58,169 bases of DNA from Candidatus Aenigmatarchaeota archaeon (lineage in GTDB: Archaea; Aenigmatarchaeota; Aenigmatarchaeia; CG10238-14; SCSR01). The stretch's first letter is position 1, and each line of letters opens with the position of its first letter. Shown in pieces: positions 56,603-58,169 of this stretch. The notes below the pieces were generated by a model. The model was not told the DNA's origin, searched no databases, and saw only the letters and a program-made list of their open reading frames with translations. Location: NCBI GenBank assembly GCA_039000165.1, contig JAWBTW010000003.1:21187-79355 (forward strand), written 5' to 3'. The position numbers and the translations under genes were made by a program.

Positions 56603-57202
56603 ATGGAAATAAAAATTTTTGGAAAATGGAGTACAGAGGGGATAGAAGTTAAAGATCCTGGTTTAGCAAAATACATAAACCTTAAACCAGTAATAGTTCC
56701 TCGCTCTGGAGGAAAGCACGCTAAACAACAATTCCATAAGTCTAAAATGAACATTGTTGAAAGACTTATGAATAAGCTTATGGTTCCTGGCCATAGAGGG
56801 AAGAAACATGTAATCAGCTCAGATCATTGTGTGGGAAAAACTTCTATTCAATATAAAATTGTTAAAAAAGCTTTTGAAAAAATTGAACAAATAACGAAGA
56901 AAAACCCGATAGAAGTTTTGGTAGGAGCTATAGAAAACGCTGCACTAAGAGAAGAGATAACTTCCTATCAACTTGGAGGAATAATCGTTAGAAGAGCTGT
57001 AGTTACTAGTCCACAAAGAAGAGTCGACTTGGCTTTGAGAAATATAGTTCAAGCAGCTTACAGGAAAGCTTTTGGTAAAAAGGAAAATATGGTTGATGCC
57101 TTAGTAAACGAAATAATTGCTGCTTATAATAATGATGCAAGTAAGAGTGAAGCAATAAAAGAAAAGGAAAGAATAGAAAGGGAAGCTGAAGGTGCAAGAT
57201 AA
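56603..57202 (+). CDS. rps7: 30S ribosomal protein S7 (uS7)
   Basis: NIVERLMNKLM, NPIEVLV.AIENAALREE, SPQRRVD.A, EGAR. Confidence 0.97.
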   Translation: MEIKIFGKWSTEGIEVKDPGLAKYINLKPVIVPRSGGKHAKQQFHKSKMNIVERLMNKLMVPGHRGKKHVISSDHCVGKTSIQYKIVKKAFEKIEQITKKNPIEVLVGAIENAALREEITSYQLGGIIVRRAVVTSPQRRVDLALRNIVQAAYRKAFGKKENMVDALVNEIIAAYNNDASKSEAIKEKERIEREAEGAR

Positions 57203-57400
57203 AAATGTTAAAATTTTGGATACAATTTTAACTAGTTTGTTCAAAACTAAAGAATAGAATAATTCTCTGGCCGAAATCTTTTTACCTTTGGGTTTTACCT
57301 TTTGGTTAGCCAAAAAATGACAAAGAATAAAAATTTATAATCGAAAAGTGAAGATTATAACTTATAATTGCAAAAAAAAAGATTAAGGAGGCGAAAACAA

Positions 57401-58169
57401 TTGGCAAAAAAAGAGATGATCGAAAGAATTAAGGAAGTGATGAAGGATCCAGCAAGAATAAGAAATGTTGCAACAAGCTCCCATGTACATCATGGTAAAA
57501 CAGCCTTAACTGATAATCTAATGGCTGGAGCAGGAATGCTAGCAGAAGAAATGGCAGGAAAAGTAATGTATACTTGGTTTGATGAACAAGAAAGGAGAAG
57601 ACAATTAACAATTTATGGAGCAAACGTTTCAATGGTTCATGAATATGAAGGTAAAGATTATTTGATTAACTTAGTGGATACACCTGGTCATGTAGATTTT
57701 GGTGGTGATGTAACCAGAGCTATGCGTGCTGTCGATGGCACCATTGTTTTGGTCTGCGCAGTAGAGGGGATAATGCCACAAACAGAGACTGTTTTTAGAC
57801 AAGCTTTAAGGGAATATGTTAAACCTGTACTTTTTATAAACAAGACTGACAGACTGATTAAAGAATTAAAACTATCACCCGAAGACATACAAAAAAGATT
57901 TGAGGAAATTATTCGAGATGTTAATATTTTGATTCAAAAGTATGCTCCTGAAGAATTTAAAAATAAATGGTTGGTAAGTGTTGCCAATGGAAGTGTAGCC
58001 TTTGGTTCTGCAACCAAAAGATGGGCAATCTCTATTCCTTACATGCAAAAAACTGGAATCACTTTCAAGGAAATTATCGAGCTAACCTTAGCTGGAAAAG
58101 AAGATGAACTAGCTAAAAAAGCTCCTTTACATCAGGTTGTTTTGGATATGATTATTAAACATCTACCAA
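57401..58169 (+). CDS. fusA: Elongation factor 2 (N-terminal G domain; runs off the window end; absent from ORF track)
   Basis: TTG start after SD AAGGAGG; [59 protein letters not shown]; follows rps7. Confidence 0.96.
   Translation, partial: MAKKEMIERIKEVMKDPARIRNVATSSHVHHGKTALTDNLMAGAGMLAEEMAGKVMYTWFDEQERRRQLTIYGANVSMVHEYEGKDYLINLVDTPGHVDFGGDVTRAMRAVDGTIVLVCAVEGIMPQTETVFRQALREYVKPVLFINKTDRLIKELKLSPEDIQKRFEEIIRDVNILIQKYAPEEFKNKWLVSVANGSVAFGSATKRWAISIPYMQKTGITFKEIIELTLAGKEDELAKKAPLHQVVLDMIIKHLP

Noticed and set aside
57101-57313. 70-aa minus-strand ORF overlapping the end of rps7
   Set aside because: It is antisense to rps7 for half its length; the basic N-terminus simply reflects the pyrimidine repeat in the spacer.
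1-58169. CRISPR array, IS elements, rRNA operon
   Set aside because: By eye I found no regularly spaced repeats, terminal inverted repeats with transposase, or 16S/23S sequence.

Overview
AT-rich, gene-dense archaeal chromosomal segment. Several traits suggest a DPANN lineage, possibly Aenigmarchaeota-like (inference only): an unlinked 5S rRNA, intron-rich tRNAs, an EF-2 with an HxHHGK P-loop, and large Cys-rich surface proteins. Surface genes include a type IV pilus locus (ATPase, two TadC-like proteins, four class III signal-peptide proteins) and two Cys-rich surface proteins that share a C-terminal Ig-like + SDLxxFS + TM module. Housekeeping genes include thermosome, cdc6, class I lysS, pfdA-ftsY, srp54-presenilin homologue, trmY-pus10-rpl21e-rpo4-DUF655, ef1b, rnz, cca, elp3, thrS, DNA ligase and the RNA polymerase/str operon, which runs into EF-2 at the window edge. 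The ORF track misses a 5S rRNA, seven tRNAs and several small ORFs. The main surprises are in translation. Six of the seven tRNAs carry nine short introns in total, including a triple-intron initiator tRNA and a double-intron tRNA-Gln. There is a rare tRNA-Ile(UAU). uS12 is altered in both decoding-centre loops, and EF-2 has altered G1 and G2 motifs. Also present are a PIN-JAMM gene pair and two small genes that appear frame-interrupted. No integrase, transposase or CRISPR array was seen.
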